From: Candidatus Eiseniibacteriota bacterium
GTDB lineage: Bacteria; Eisenbacteria; RBG-16-71-46; JAFGJU01
Assembly: GCA_026388185.1 (NCBI GenBank)
Contig: JAPLKG010000008.1
Coordinates: forward strand, 273,149-337,148
Direction: 5' to 3'
DNA: 64,000 nucleotides
Position numbers and translations under genes: made by a program. How positions within the stretch are numbered: the stretch's first letter is position 1; the number at the start of each line of letters is the position of its first letter. Shown one piece after another: positions 19,831-30,363 of this stretch. A model generated the notes under the pieces. The model was not told the DNA's origin and did not search any database. It saw only the letters and a list, made by a program, of their open reading frames with translations.

Positions 19831-22131
19831 GTGGGCAAAAGAAGCTCTGGAACTTATTCTTTCGTGACGGGGGCCTTGCTGCTTGTGGCAGGTGTGATGC
19901 TCCTGTCGAGTCTTGTCAGCTACCACGAGGAGGACATCGGTCTCCTTGCTGAGCACGAGGGCAACGTTGCGAACGCCTTCGGGCTGCTCGGCGTCAGGAT
20001 TGCTCAGGGTTTCCTCTCGGCCTTTGGCCTCATCTTTCCTTGGTTCATAGGCATTTTCCTCCTCGCGTGGTCTTGGAACCGCTTCGCGAGAAATCCCGCC
20101 GGCAAACTGTGGCTTCAAACTCTCTTCTCTCTCGGCCTAATCTGGATCCTAACAGTCAGTCTTGCGCTCCTCCCGGGTCTGTCCAGGGTCGGTGATCGGC
20201 GTCTGGCCGGACAGTTCGGTCTGGAAATAGCTGATCGAGGCCACTCGCTGCTGGGTTCCTTCGGAGCTCCCGTGGTCTCCTGGTGTGTCCTCGTCATCCT
20301 GTTCCTCGTCGGACTCGAGACCGGCCTCTTGCCCGGCCTGAAAGCGTTGAGTTTCTTGCGAAGACTGGGACTCCTGGCCGGCAGCATCGCGAACGCGCTG
20401 ATCACGAAAGTGGCCGCGTTCGTTGACGAGAGGGCGCGCCGCACGAAAATCAGCCGGTCTGAAGAGCGACCGGTCGAGAGGAAGGCGCGCGGGCCGGTGA
20501 GGGCAAGTGAGCCATCGAGAGCAAAGATTCCTGCCGAACCCAGGATCACGCCTCCCTCTTCGGAACCGCGGCTTGCCGCTCAGATGCGAATTCCAGCCGC
20601 GGCAGAGTCAAACCAGAGATCAACGTCGCTTTTCCCTGCGACAAGGGAATCCAGGGCGGGAGAGCCTCCAACACGGGAGGCGGAGTTTTCTCTGCCCTCT
20701 CTTTCTCTCCTCGACGATCCTTCGGGACCCGAAACCTACATGTCAAAAGAAGAGCTTCTCGAGTCCTCAAAGATGATAGAGGAGAAGCTCGCGAATTTTG
20801 ATGTGACGGGAAGAGTGACGGAAGTGCACCCGGGACCGGTCATCACAAGGTTCGATTTTGAGCCGGGGCCGAGCATTACCGTTAATCAAATCGCAAGCCG
20901 CGCGGAAGACCTCGCTCTCGGGCTCAAGGTGTCGCGAATAAGGTTGCTTACTCCGGTTCCCGGCAAGGCGGCAGTCGGAATCGAGGTCCCCAACAGGGTA
21001 CCCTCCATTGTGTACATAAAGGAGCTTCTGTCCTCGGACGCCTTCCGCAAACAGGAAGGCCGGCTTGTCCTGGCACTCGGCAAGGATGCTCTGGGCGGAT
21101 GTTTCTACACCGAGCTGTCCAGGATGCCCCATCTCCTGATTGCGGGTGCCACCGGTTCCGGGAAGAGCGTCTGCATCAGCAGCATCATCTTGAGTCTTCT
21201 TTACAGACTCTCGCCCAAGGAACTGAATCTTCTGATGATTGATCCCAAGAAGCTCGAGCTGACGGCCTACAACGGCACTCCGCACCTTGTGATGCCGGTG
21301 ATCAGCGACGCCAGAGAAGCCAGCAGGAGCCTGAGATGGGTGGTGAAGGAGATGGAGCGTAGATACCACGTTCTCGCGGCAAAGGCCGTCAGAAACATTG
21401 ACAGCTTCAACGAGCGTGTTCGCGAGGAGGGCGCAGAGGAACTGCCGTATCTTGTGGTCATAATAGACGAGCTTGCCGACCTCATGTGCATGCTGCCCAC
21501 CGAGATCGAGGAGCCCATCTCCAGGCTTGCCCAGATGGCTCGCGCGGTCGGGATTCATCTGATACTTGCCACGCAGAGGCCGAGCGTGGACGTTATAACC
21601 GGGGTGATCAAGGCAAACTTCCCGACCCGACTGGCATTTCAGGTTGCCTCCAAGGTGGATTCGAGAACGATACTGGACATGAACGGAGCAGAGGCATTGC
21701 TCGGCAGCGGAGACATGCTCTTCTTGCCTGCAGGTCGGGCCGAGCCTGAGAGACTTCACGGGTCGTACGTGTCCGAGAAGGACATAGAGAGGGTGGTTTC
21801 CCATCTGAAGAACTACTCTTGGATGGCAAGGCCATTCGTTGACCTGACAGAGTCTATTGCGGCCGACGGAGGTGAGGCCGGTGCCGAGGACGAACTGCTG
21901 GAAGACGCAGCCAGAGTGGTCATAACTCATCGCCATGGATCCGTGTCCTTACTCCAGAGACGGCTCAAGGTAGGCTACTCGAGAGCGGCAAGGCTCATGG
22001 ACAGGCTTGAAGAAATCGGAGTTGTCGGGCCCGCAGACGGTAGTAAGCCGCGCGACGTTCTCGTCAATGACTCCTTCCTGGATCAAGGAGGACTCTTTGA
22101 GAAAGAGTCTCAGAGCCCGCGGCCGTCTTGA
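19831..22131 (+). CDS. ftsK: DNA translocase FtsK/SpoIIIE
   Basis: N-terminal TM segments, Pro/Ser-rich linker, motor domain with Walker A GATGSGKS, C-terminal gamma domain. Confidence 0.9.
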   Translation: MGKRSSGTYSFVTGALLLVAGVMLLSSLVSYHEEDIGLLAEHEGNVANAFGLLGVRIAQGFLSAFGLIFPWFIGIFLLAWSWNRFARNPAGKLWLQTLFSLGLIWILTVSLALLPGLSRVGDRRLAGQFGLEIADRGHSLLGSFGAPVVSWCVLVILFLVGLETGLLPGLKALSFLRRLGLLAGSIANALITKVAAFVDERARRTKISRSEERPVERKARGPVRASEPSRAKIPAEPRITPPSSEPRLAAQMRIPAAAESNQRSTSLFPATRESRAGEPPTREAEFSLPSLSLLDDPSGPETYMSKEELLESSKMIEEKLANFDVTGRVTEVHPGPVITRFDFEPGPSITVNQIASRAEDLALGLKVSRIRLLTPVPGKAAVGIEVPNRVPSIVYIKELLSSDAFRKQEGRLVLALGKDALGGCFYTELSRMPHLLIAGATGSGKSVCISSIILSLLYRLSPKELNLLMIDPKKLELTAYNGTPHLVMPVISDAREASRSLRWVVKEMERRYHVLAAKAVRNIDSFNERVREEGAEELPYLVVIIDELADLMCMLPTEIEEPISRLAQMARAVGIHLILATQRPSVDVITGVIKANFPTRLAFQVASKVDSRTILDMNGAEALLGSGDMLFLPAGRAEPERLHGSYVSEKDIERVVSHLKNYSWMARPFVDLTESIAADGGEAGAEDELLEDAARVVITHRHGSVSLLQRRLKVGYSRAARLMDRLEEIGVVGPADGSKPRDVLVNDSFLDQGGLFEKESQSPRPS

Positions 22132-22144
22132 CGGAGGGCGATCG

Positions 22145-23530
22145 GTGGCTCTCATTTCACTCGGCTGTCCGAAGAACCTCGTGGATTCTGAGGTGATGCT
22201 TGCCCGGCTGGCCGAATGCGGCTTCAGCACAAAGAGCGACATGGGTGAAGCTGACGTGGTTGTGATCAACACTTGTTCTTTTCTGAACTCTGCCAGAGAC
22301 GAAGCAGAGCAGTGGATAAGGGACGCGGTGCGCCTCAAGAGGCAGGGCAGCCTCAAGGGTGTTGTTGTTGCCGGCTGTCTGCCGGCGTTGGAGAGAGACC
22401 GTCTCTTTGAGGGCTTTGACGAGATCGACGCGATTTTGGGACCGCGTGACAGACTCAAGATAGCGGAGGCGTGCGATGTGGCGCTCGAAGCGAACGGCCG
22501 CAAGGCAAGCTTCCTCGACGACTCCGACTCTCTTGTTCGCCGTCTCCATCCCAGGGCGATTTCCACGGGGAGACACACTGCGTATCTCAAGATCGCCGAA
22601 GGCTGCAATAACAAGTGTTCCTACTGCCTCATCCCCCGCATAAGAGGAAACATGGTGAGTCGCAGCATGCAGAGTCTGGTCGACGAAGCATCGCGTCTTG
22701 CGCAATCCGGGGTACGCGAGCTGTCGCTCATAGCGCAAGACACGACCAATTATGGAGTGGATCTCTACGGGCGACCGAGACTGGCGTCGCTCCTGAAAGG
22801 CCTGTCCCGCGTCGAAGGTGTCGACTGGTTGAGGCTTCTCTACACTCACCCGGCGCACTGGTCCGACGAGATCGTGGAAGCATTCGCTGAGAATCCGAAA
22901 CTCTGCAGGTATGTTGACATACCCGTCCAGCATTTCTCGGAGAAAGTGCTGAGGCTCATGCGAAGGCGCACGTCGCAGAGGGCACTCGTCAGAGTTCTCG
23001 AGAAAATGAGAATGGCAGTGCCCGGCATCTCCCTTAGGACCACCGTGATGGTCGGTTTTCCGGGAGAGGGAGAGAAGGAGTTTGCGGAGCTCCTGGGTTT
23101 TCTCAGAGATTTTCGATTCGACCATCTGGGAGCTTTCGCATATTCCAGAGAGCAGACTACTGGGGCGGCGCGCCTGCCGAATCAAGTGCCGGAGGACGTG
23201 AAAGAAGAACGCCTTCACAGAGTCATGGAGGCGCAGCAAGAGATCTCCAGGTCTAGAAACGAGGCGATGGTCGGCAGGGAAGTCACCGTTCTTGTGGACA
23301 GCGTGGGTCCGACACGGACCAGAGGCGTTGCCAGAACGGAAGGGCAGGCCTTCGAAGTGGACGGCGTAGTTCGCACGAGCGGAGCGAATCTCCAGAGCGG
23401 TCAGTTCTTGAAGGTTCTGATAGTGGGGTTCAACGAATATGATCTTTTCGGGAGGCGCTTTTCTGAAGATGTGTTGACGAATCAAGCGGTGGGAAAGACG
23501 ACTATTACCAAGAGAAGGAGAGTCGAGTGA
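22145..23530 (+). CDS. rimO: Ribosomal protein S12 methylthiotransferase RimO (radical SAM, TRAM domain)
   Basis: GTG 22145 six nt after GGAGGG; N-terminal ISLGCPKNLVDSE (RimO-type), radical-SAM CNNKCSYC, C-terminal TRAM. Confidence 0.8.
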   Translation: MALISLGCPKNLVDSEVMLARLAECGFSTKSDMGEADVVVINTCSFLNSARDEAEQWIRDAVRLKRQGSLKGVVVAGCLPALERDRLFEGFDEIDAILGPRDRLKIAEACDVALEANGRKASFLDDSDSLVRRLHPRAISTGRHTAYLKIAEGCNNKCSYCLIPRIRGNMVSRSMQSLVDEASRLAQSGVRELSLIAQDTTNYGVDLYGRPRLASLLKGLSRVEGVDWLRLLYTHPAHWSDEIVEAFAENPKLCRYVDIPVQHFSEKVLRLMRRRTSQRALVRVLEKMRMAVPGISLRTTVMVGFPGEGEKEFAELLGFLRDFRFDHLGAFAYSREQTTGAARLPNQVPEDVKEERLHRVMEAQQEISRSRNEAMVGREVTVLVDSVGPTRTRGVARTEGQAFEVDGVVRTSGANLQSGQFLKVLIVGFNEYDLFGRRFSEDVLTNQAVGKTTITKRRRVE

Positions 23531-24261
23531 AAAGAAGGCGTCTATTGCTATGGTTCATCGTTGTGACTCTGTCGGTTCTGGCCCTTTGTCCTGTTGCTGC
23601 CTCAGGCCGGGACGTGCTCGGAAAGGGTCTGATGACGAACGTGGCCCTCATGGAGAAAACCACTTCGGCTGCGGTGGACTCGCTCGTTCAACTGTTGCCT
23701 TTTCCTCTGCGCGGGCCCGTACTTCTCGGGCCGGCACTCCCTCATGATGCAGGTTGGATGGTAGAGAACTTCCTCGGGGGAAGACTGAGAGAAAAGGGCG
23801 TCAAGGTAGTAGTCTCGGCGGTTCCTCCTGCCCCGGCCGTTCCCGACACGTCAGAGGCTGACACCACCGTCGTTAGCGATAGCTCGAGGGTCGGCGCAGC
23901 GCCAAAGAGTGAACAGGGGATGTTGACCTTGGAGTACAGGGTTACCGAACTGGGCATGGAATACCCGAGGGCCTGGAGACCTCACTACTTCGGTCAGAAG
24001 ATAGTGGAGCGTGTTGCGGTTGTTTCTCTGTATGGCAGACTGATCGACCAAGACTCCGGCACGCTGGTTTGGGCCGGTGAAGGCCGCGCCACCCAACGTG
24101 ACGTCGTCCCGGCATCCAGGCTGGCATTGCTGGAAGGCAAGGGCCCGGATTGGCAGAAGGGCACCCTGCCGGCCGGAAAGCTAGGCGGCATTGTTGAGCC
24201 CTTCGTCGTTGCTGCCATCGTAGTCGGTTTGGTCTATCTGTTCTACTCCAACAAGGAATAA
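23527..24261 (+). CDS. Hypothetical secreted protein with N-terminal signal peptide and C-terminal hydrophobic anchor
   Basis: Long ORF, host-like codon usage; N-terminal LLWFIVVTLSVLALCPVAASG; no recognisable domain. Confidence 0.4.
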   Translation: MKRRRLLLWFIVVTLSVLALCPVAASGRDVLGKGLMTNVALMEKTTSAAVDSLVQLLPFPLRGPVLLGPALPHDAGWMVENFLGGRLREKGVKVVVSAVPPAPAVPDTSEADTTVVSDSSRVGAAPKSEQGMLTLEYRVTELGMEYPRAWRPHYFGQKIVERVAVVSLYGRLIDQDSGTLVWAGEGRATQRDVVPASRLALLEGKGPDWQKGTLPAGKLGGIVEPFVVAAIVVGLVYLFYSNKE

Positions 24262-24361
24262 TTTTGTCGTCGAAAGCGGCGTGCCGTAGAGAGGACTTTA
24301 CGCTGGACCCGCGAAAGGTACGCGTGAGACGGGCGCGGGTGAAGAAGGAAACAAGAAGGAA

Positions 24362-25138
24362 ATGATGCACAAGAGATTGTTTGCCTGCCTATTTTCGTTT
24401 GGTTTTGCTGCAAGCTTTGTTCTTTCTTGCGCGACGACCGACGGCGCGCGGCCCACGGTCGCGGTCACACAATTCGAGAAGGCCAAGGCAAGGTACGAGG
24501 CGCACAGGTACGCGGAGGCGGCTGAGCAATTCAAGATCCTGCTGGCTCAATTTCCTGGTAGCAAGTACGTCGAACCTGCCACGTTCTTTCTGGGGAAGTC
24601 CTATTTCGGAAGCAAAGAGTATCCGCTCGCCCAGGTGGAGTTCGAGCGAGTCACGAGAGACTATCCCAGGGGAAGCTATGCCGAGGAGGCCACTTTCATG
24701 TTGGGCGTGTGCGCTTACAAGGAGCGTCGGCCTGCCCCTTACGACCAAACCTCAACTGACAAGGCCATAGCACTTCTTGAGGCCTACATCGCTTTCTACC
24801 CGGAGGGAGCCTTTGTGACTCAGGCACAGCAGGAGATCCGCGAATGCCAGTCAATCTTGGCGCAGAAGCTCTACCTGAACGGCCGACTCTATCTGAAACT
24901 GGGGGACTCTGTTGCGGCGCGAAGCTGCTTTGACGAAGTGCTGGCCAAGTACGCCGATTCTTCGTGGACGCAGTGGGCGTCTCTCGGAATCGCCCAATCG
25001 TATGAACGCGAGCGAAACTGGGAAAAGGCGGTGGAGGGGTACGAGAACGTAGTGAACGGAGACAAGAATCCGGAAACCTCCAATGTCGCCAAGGATAGGT
25101 TGAAGAAAATCAGAGGCAAAGCAAAGCGGGCCGGCTGA
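24362..25138 (+). CDS. TPR-repeat outer membrane lipoprotein, BamD/YfiO-like
   Basis: Signal peptide with lipobox-like VLSC; TPR-like repeats; about 250 aa as in BamD. Confidence 0.55.
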   Translation: MMHKRLFACLFSFGFAASFVLSCATTDGARPTVAVTQFEKAKARYEAHRYAEAAEQFKILLAQFPGSKYVEPATFFLGKSYFGSKEYPLAQVEFERVTRDYPRGSYAEEATFMLGVCAYKERRPAPYDQTSTDKAIALLEAYIAFYPEGAFVTQAQQEIRECQSILAQKLYLNGRLYLKLGDSVAARSCFDEVLAKYADSSWTQWASLGIAQSYERERNWEKAVEGYENVVNGDKNPETSNVAKDRLKKIRGKAKRAG

Positions 25139-25186
25139 GAGCGTTGATTACGTTCGCGCTCATTCTTTCCTGCCTGAATTGTCGCG

Positions 25187-25798
25187 ATGGAGAATGACAC
25201 GGTGAAGATCGGTCTCTTCGGAGGCACGTTCGATCCAATCCACGTGGGGCATCTCATGATCGCTGAAGAGGCGCGTGAGAGGCTGGGGCTTGATAGAGTC
25301 ATTTTCGTTCCCTCCGGAATCTCTCCCCACAAGAATCGTCTCAAGATATCGAGCCCGGAGTCACGTCTTGAGATGACCAGGCTCGGAATCGATGGAAACG
25401 AGCATTTCGAGTTCTCCGACTTTGAGGTGAAACGCCAAAGCACATCTTTTACGATAGAAACTGTTTCTTGTTTCAAGAACGCCCTGGGAAACGAAGCGGA
25501 GATCTTTCTCGTCGTTGGAGCAGACAGCATCCTCGAGATTTCCATGTGGAAAGAGCCTCAAAGGCTTGTTTCAGCGTGCCGGCCTGTCGTTCTGAACCGT
25601 CCTGGCTTTGACCTGAGGAAACTTGAACCATGGCTGCGTGACCGCGCCCTGATACTGGATGGGATGCTTGTAGGCATTTCATCCACGGACATACGTGAGC
25701 GGGTCGCCACCGGGCGTTCGATCAGGTATCTTGTTCCTCCCTCCGTCGCCGCTTACGTCTTCGATCACAGACTGTACACGGGCGCCAGCAAAGCTTGA
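25187..25798 (+). CDS. nadD: Nicotinate-nucleotide adenylyltransferase NadD
   Basis: GLFGGTFDPIHVGH nucleotidyltransferase motif. Confidence 0.85.
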   Translation: MENDTVKIGLFGGTFDPIHVGHLMIAEEARERLGLDRVIFVPSGISPHKNRLKISSPESRLEMTRLGIDGNEHFEFSDFEVKRQSTSFTIETVSCFKNALGNEAEIFLVVGADSILEISMWKEPQRLVSACRPVVLNRPGFDLRKLEPWLRDRALILDGMLVGISSTDIRERVATGRSIRYLVPPSVAAYVFDHRLYTGASKA

Positions 25799-25822
25799 CG
25801 AGCTTGGCGCGGAGTTGCGTCC

Positions 25823-28525
25823 ATGAAATCGCGCGTCTACCTTGTTGACGGTTCCGCTTTGGCCTACAGGTCCTATTTCGCCTTCGTGGGAAGGCCTCTC
25901 ACGAATTCGAAGGGCGAAAACACTAGCGCCGTCTACGGCGTAGCGAACATGTTGCTCAAGCTTCTGAGGGAAGAAAGGCCGGACTACATCGGCGTGGTCC
26001 TCGACTCTCGGGTTCCAACCTTCAGACACAAGCGATTTCCGGAATACAAGGCCAATCGCGAAAAGATGCCGGAGGAGATGCGGAGCCAATTCCCTCGCAT
26101 CCTCGAACTCATCAGCGCAATGGGACTGAAGACAATCGAGGCCCCGGGTTTCGAAGCAGACGACGTGATGGGCACGTTGGCGAAGCGCCTGACGAAAGAG
26201 GGAGTGGAAGTGGTTCTGGTCTCGGGAGACAAGGACTTTTGTCAACTGGTCGGAGACGACGTGAGGGTGCTCAACCCGGGCAGGGCCGGAGAGAATCCGG
26301 TTTGGGTTGACAGAAGGCAGGTCGAAGAGCGTTTCGGAGTCGGGCCGGAGAAGGTAGTCGACGTGCTTGCGCTTGCGGGCGATTCGTCCGACAACATTCC
26401 CGGCGTTCCGGGCATAGGGCCGAAGACCGCCTCCAAGTTGGTGTCCAAGTACGGCGGTCTCGAAGAGATCCTGGGGAAGCTTCCCATCGATGGAGAGGAA
26501 CGGCTCTCCGAGAAACTGTCACAATTCTCCGAACAGGCAAGGCTCTCACGCGAGCTCGCCAGCATTTGCCTTGAGGCTCCCGTTTCAATTGAGCTCGGTG
26601 ACCTGCGACCCGGCGAACCGAGGAACGAGAGGCTCAAGTCGCTTCTCGAAGATCTTGAGTTCAAGAAACTCGTGTCTACTATCTTCGAGCCGTCGGAGTT
26701 GCGGTACGAATGGACCGTGGTTGAGACCGAGGACGAGTTCGAAGAGTTTCGCAGGAAGGCCCGCTCGTGGAAGAAAGTCGGATTGGCCGTGCTTGCGGGG
26801 CGCCATCGTTTCTCGCTTCCCGTGGGGTTTGCCGTGGCAGCCTCGGCGAAGGAGTGTTTTTACCTGCCGCTCCGTCGTGGAGGCCGCGACCAGGGAGACC
26901 TCGATCTCGGAGCCCGCGACCCGGCTTCTGCGGCTCAGGTCTCGGAAGCGCTGGCAGTGTTCGTGTCGGATGGAGGCGTACTCAAGTGCACGCACGACCT
27001 CAAGACGCTGCTCCATTCACTCTCGATTCTGGGCACAAGACTGGAGGGCCCGGTCTTTGACGCCATGTTGGTCGCGTATCTGATTGACCCGTCTCCGGCG
27101 AACACTATTTCCTCGATCACCAGGAGATTCGTGGGAGTCGAGTGGGACAGCATGGATTCCTTCCTGGGGAGTTCCCGGGGAAAGGTGTCACTCGAGGACG
27201 TGCCTCTCGAGAAATTGGCTCAATACGGCTGTGGATGCGCCTTCATCGCGCTACGACTGCAGGAGACCATGTTGCCTCGCCTTGCGGGAATGGGGCTCGT
27301 CAGGCTCTATGAACACGTGGAACTGCCCCTCGCAGTCGTCCTGTTCGAGATGGAGAAACTGGGCGTGGCGGTGGACGTTGATTTCCTGAGGGAAATGTCG
27401 GACAGACTCGCCCAGGACATAGAACGGATCGAAAGAGATATTTTCCGATTCGCCGGGTGTCATTTCAATCTGAATTCCCCGGTGCAGCTGTCGAAGGTTC
27501 TGTTCGACGACATGGGGCTTCCGTCTGTGAAAAAAACGAGAGAGAAACGGCTGCACTCGACGGACGAAGAGGTCTTGGAGGAGCTGGCTGTTCATCACGA
27601 CGTGGCGCGGGAGATCCTCAAGTACCGTCAGCTCACGAAGCTCAAAGGTACGTACGTGGACGTTTTCCCCAAGATGATTGATCCTTCGACCGGTCGCCTC
27701 CACGCGAACTTCAATCAGGCCGTCACCGCTACCGGTAGGCTCTCGATGAGTGAGCCTAATCTGCAGAACATACCGGTGAGGAGCGAGCAGGGCAGAGAAA
27801 TCAGGAAGGCGTTCACTGCCGGTGAAAAGGGTTGGATCCTATTGTCGGCGGACTATTCCCAGGTCGAGTTGAGGCTCATGGCGCACTTTTCCGGCGACGA
27901 GAAGCTAATAGAAACGTTCAAGCAGAACGAAGATGTCCATTCGAACACCGCCTCTCTGCTGTTCGGTGTTTCTCCCGACGCGGTGCCTCCGGAACTGAGG
28001 GCCCGGGCCAAGGTAGTCAATTTCGGAATAATCTACGGAATGAGCCCGTACGGTCTCTCGAAGGAGCTGGGCATCACAACTGCCGAGGCCAAAGAGTTCA
28101 TGGCCGGTTACTACAGGCTTTATCCGGGTGTGGCGGAGTACGTCCGCCGGACGATCGAGGAGGCAAGACGCAATGGGTGTGCCACCACGTTGCTGGGCAG
28201 ACGGAGGCCGCTCGAGACTCTGAAGAGTGAGAACTCGCGCGTGAGGGCCGAGGCCGAGAGGATGGCAATCAATACGCCAATTCAGGGCTCCGCCGCGGAC
28301 ATGATAAAGCTGGCAATGATAGCGATTTCGAAGGAGCTCGGAGTACTCGGACTGAGAGCGCGGCTCATTCTTCAAATCCACGACGAGCTGCTGTTTGAGC
28401 TGCCCAGAGAAGAAGGGACGAAGCTGAGCGAGCTTGTGCGGCACGAGATGGAACATGCCCTGGAGCTGAGGGTGCCCGTGAGGGTGGAGATCTGCGAGGG
28501 TGAGAACTGGTTCGAAACACACTGA
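25823..28525 (+). CDS. polA: DNA polymerase I
   Basis: 900 aa; N-terminal 5'-3' exonuclease (YLVDGSALAYRSYFAF), C-terminal family A polymerase motifs (LLSADYSQVELRLMAHFS, QIHDELLFE). Confidence 0.95.
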   Translation: MKSRVYLVDGSALAYRSYFAFVGRPLTNSKGENTSAVYGVANMLLKLLREERPDYIGVVLDSRVPTFRHKRFPEYKANREKMPEEMRSQFPRILELISAMGLKTIEAPGFEADDVMGTLAKRLTKEGVEVVLVSGDKDFCQLVGDDVRVLNPGRAGENPVWVDRRQVEERFGVGPEKVVDVLALAGDSSDNIPGVPGIGPKTASKLVSKYGGLEEILGKLPIDGEERLSEKLSQFSEQARLSRELASICLEAPVSIELGDLRPGEPRNERLKSLLEDLEFKKLVSTIFEPSELRYEWTVVETEDEFEEFRRKARSWKKVGLAVLAGRHRFSLPVGFAVAASAKECFYLPLRRGGRDQGDLDLGARDPASAAQVSEALAVFVSDGGVLKCTHDLKTLLHSLSILGTRLEGPVFDAMLVAYLIDPSPANTISSITRRFVGVEWDSMDSFLGSSRGKVSLEDVPLEKLAQYGCGCAFIALRLQETMLPRLAGMGLVRLYEHVELPLAVVLFEMEKLGVAVDVDFLREMSDRLAQDIERIERDIFRFAGCHFNLNSPVQLSKVLFDDMGLPSVKKTREKRLHSTDEEVLEELAVHHDVAREILKYRQLTKLKGTYVDVFPKMIDPSTGRLHANFNQAVTATGRLSMSEPNLQNIPVRSEQGREIRKAFTAGEKGWILLSADYSQVELRLMAHFSGDEKLIETFKQNEDVHSNTASLLFGVSPDAVPPELRARAKVVNFGIIYGMSPYGLSKELGITTAEAKEFMAGYYRLYPGVAEYVRRTIEEARRNGCATTLLGRRRPLETLKSENSRVRAEAERMAINTPIQGSAADMIKLAMIAISKELGVLGLRARLILQIHDELLFELPREEGTKLSELVRHEMEHALELRVPVRVEICEGENWFETH

Positions 28526-29153
28526 CGTCGGCGTCCTTACCGTCGCCGTGACTGGCGGCATTGCGTCCGGCAAGACCTCTGTTTGCCGCTTCTTCGAGCG
28601 TCGCGGCGCCAAGATAATCGACGCCGATGCGATAGGTCGCCGAATAGTCGAGGAAGAAGGCAGTGTTCTTTCCGAACTGGTCGGGGTGTTTGGCGATGGC
28701 ATATTGGGCCGCGACCGCAAGCTCGACAGGAGCGCGCTGGCGAGGCTCGCCTTCTGTGATAAGGCGAGCCTCGAGAAGCTCAACAAAGTAGTGCATCCGC
28801 TCCTCATCAAAGAAATTCGCGCGCAGATAGCGGGAGTTGTTCGGAAGGGATTCAAGGGCATGATCGTCGTGGACGCTGCGCTGATCTTCGAATGGAATCT
28901 GGTTGTTATTTTCGACGCCGTTGTGGTAGTTTCTTGTAGCGAGAGCGTCCAGCAGGCGAGGATGCGAGAGAGAGATTCGCTCGGAGCTGACGAGGCGCTT
29001 TCCAGGATACGCTGCCAAATTCCCCAGGCGGAGAAAGTGGCCGGAGCCGACTTTCGCATTGAGAATGAGGCCGGACTTCGAGAACTCGAAGAGAAGGCGG
29101 CCGGGGTCTGGGAAGAACTGCAAGAGCTGCTGAAATCCAAAGAAGGAGGATGA
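28500..29153 (+). CDS. coaE: Dephospho-CoA kinase CoaE
   Basis: GTG 28500; P-loop VTGGIASGKTS; about 217 aa. Confidence 0.8.
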   Translation: MRTGSKHTDVGVLTVAVTGGIASGKTSVCRFFERRGAKIIDADAIGRRIVEEEGSVLSELVGVFGDGILGRDRKLDRSALARLAFCDKASLEKLNKVVHPLLIKEIRAQIAGVVRKGFKGMIVVDAALIFEWNLVVIFDAVVVVSCSESVQQARMRERDSLGADEALSRIRCQIPQAEKVAGADFRIENEAGLRELEEKAAGVWEELQELLKSKEGG

Positions 29154-29159
29154 GTCTAG

Positions 29160-30258
29160 ATGTGGGAAGAAACCAAGGTCAGAATTGCATCGTGTGAAAA
29201 ATCCCTCGAAGAATTGAGTGATTGTCTTTGACGTCGCATCGAAGCGGAACAGTATTCTGCGAATCGACCAGGAGATGTCCAAGCCCGGCTTTTGGGACAG
29301 GGAGAGCTCCAAGCAAGTAGTTCAAGAGCTGGCCACAGCGAAGAGGGCGGTGGAGGAGTGGAATTCTCTCAACGAAAAAATCAAGGAGATCAAGGTCCTT
29401 CTTGAGCTGGCAGAGGAAGAGCAGGACGATGCCGTGCTACAAGATGTGATTTCGGACTGCAACCAGCTTGAGAGAGTGCTGGGTGAATTCAGGCTCAAGA
29501 GTCTTCTGGCCGGCGAACACGACAGAGGCGGAGCAATAGTGAGCATTCACCCTGGAGCCGGAGGGACGGAGTCGCAGGACTGGGCCCAGATGCTGATGCG
29601 CATGTACCTGAGATGGATCGAGTCCAGGGGGTTCGGTTATTCGGTTCTCGATCATCAGGCCGGTGAAGAGGCCGGCATAAAGGACGTGACGATTCAGGTC
29701 GACGGAGAGTACGCGTACGGATACATGAGGGGCGAGAGCGGCGTCCACAGGCTTGTCAGAATATCGCCCTTCGACGCCGCCCAGCGGAGGCACACGTCCT
29801 TCGCTTCTGTTTTCGTGTTTCCTCAGGTGGACGAGACGATCGAGATTGACATAAAGGACGGTGACCTTCGGGTCGACACCTTCCGCGCGAGCGGAGCAGG
29901 CGGACAGCACGTCAACAAGACCGACTCCGCGGTGCGCATCACGCATATTCCGACCGGAATCGTCGTTCAATGTCAGAGTGAAAGGTCGCAGCACCGGAAC
30001 CGTGACAACGCCATGAAGATCTTGAGGGCGAGGCTCTACGTCTATTACCAGGAAGAGAAGAGAAAGAAACTTGACAAGCTCCACGACGGCAAGAAGGAGA
30101 TCGCGTGGGGCAGCCAGATAAGGTCCTACGTGTTTCAACCGTACACTCTCGTCAAGGATCACAGGACTGGCCATGAAACATCGGACGTCGGCAAGGTTCT
30201 GGACGGTGACATAGATCCTTTCATAAACGCTTTTCTCGGATCAAAGGAGAAGTGTTAG
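29160..30258 (+). CDS. prfB: Peptide chain release factor 2, expressed through a programmed +1 ribosomal frameshift (29160..29228 in frame 0, then 29230..30258)
   Basis: ORF1 MWEETKVRIASCEKSLEELSDCL ends at in-frame TGA inside CTT TGA C (29226..29232); +1 frame continues DVASKRN... to full RF2 with SPF and GGQ motifs. Confidence 0.9.
29226..29232 (+). other. prfB +1 programmed frameshift site CTT TGA C
   Basis: Exact canonical RF2 autoregulatory heptamer at the junction of the two prfB reading frames. Confidence 0.85.
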
Positions 30259-30363
30259 GATTTTGTCCCTCGGTGCATTCAGGAGCAGAGCCCGTCGCTG
30301 CGAGCCGGGAGGATGATCCTGGAGTACCGGTCGGGAAGAGGTATCGAGAGGAGAAACGGCCCC

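Noticed and set aside
22157-23485. 442-aa minus-strand ORF antisense to rimO
   Set aside because: Same reasoning; rimO on the + strand has clear radical-SAM and TRAM signatures.
27905-29140. 411-aa minus-strand ORF antisense to polA and coaE
   Set aside because: Overlaps polA motifs on the + strand; antisense artefact.
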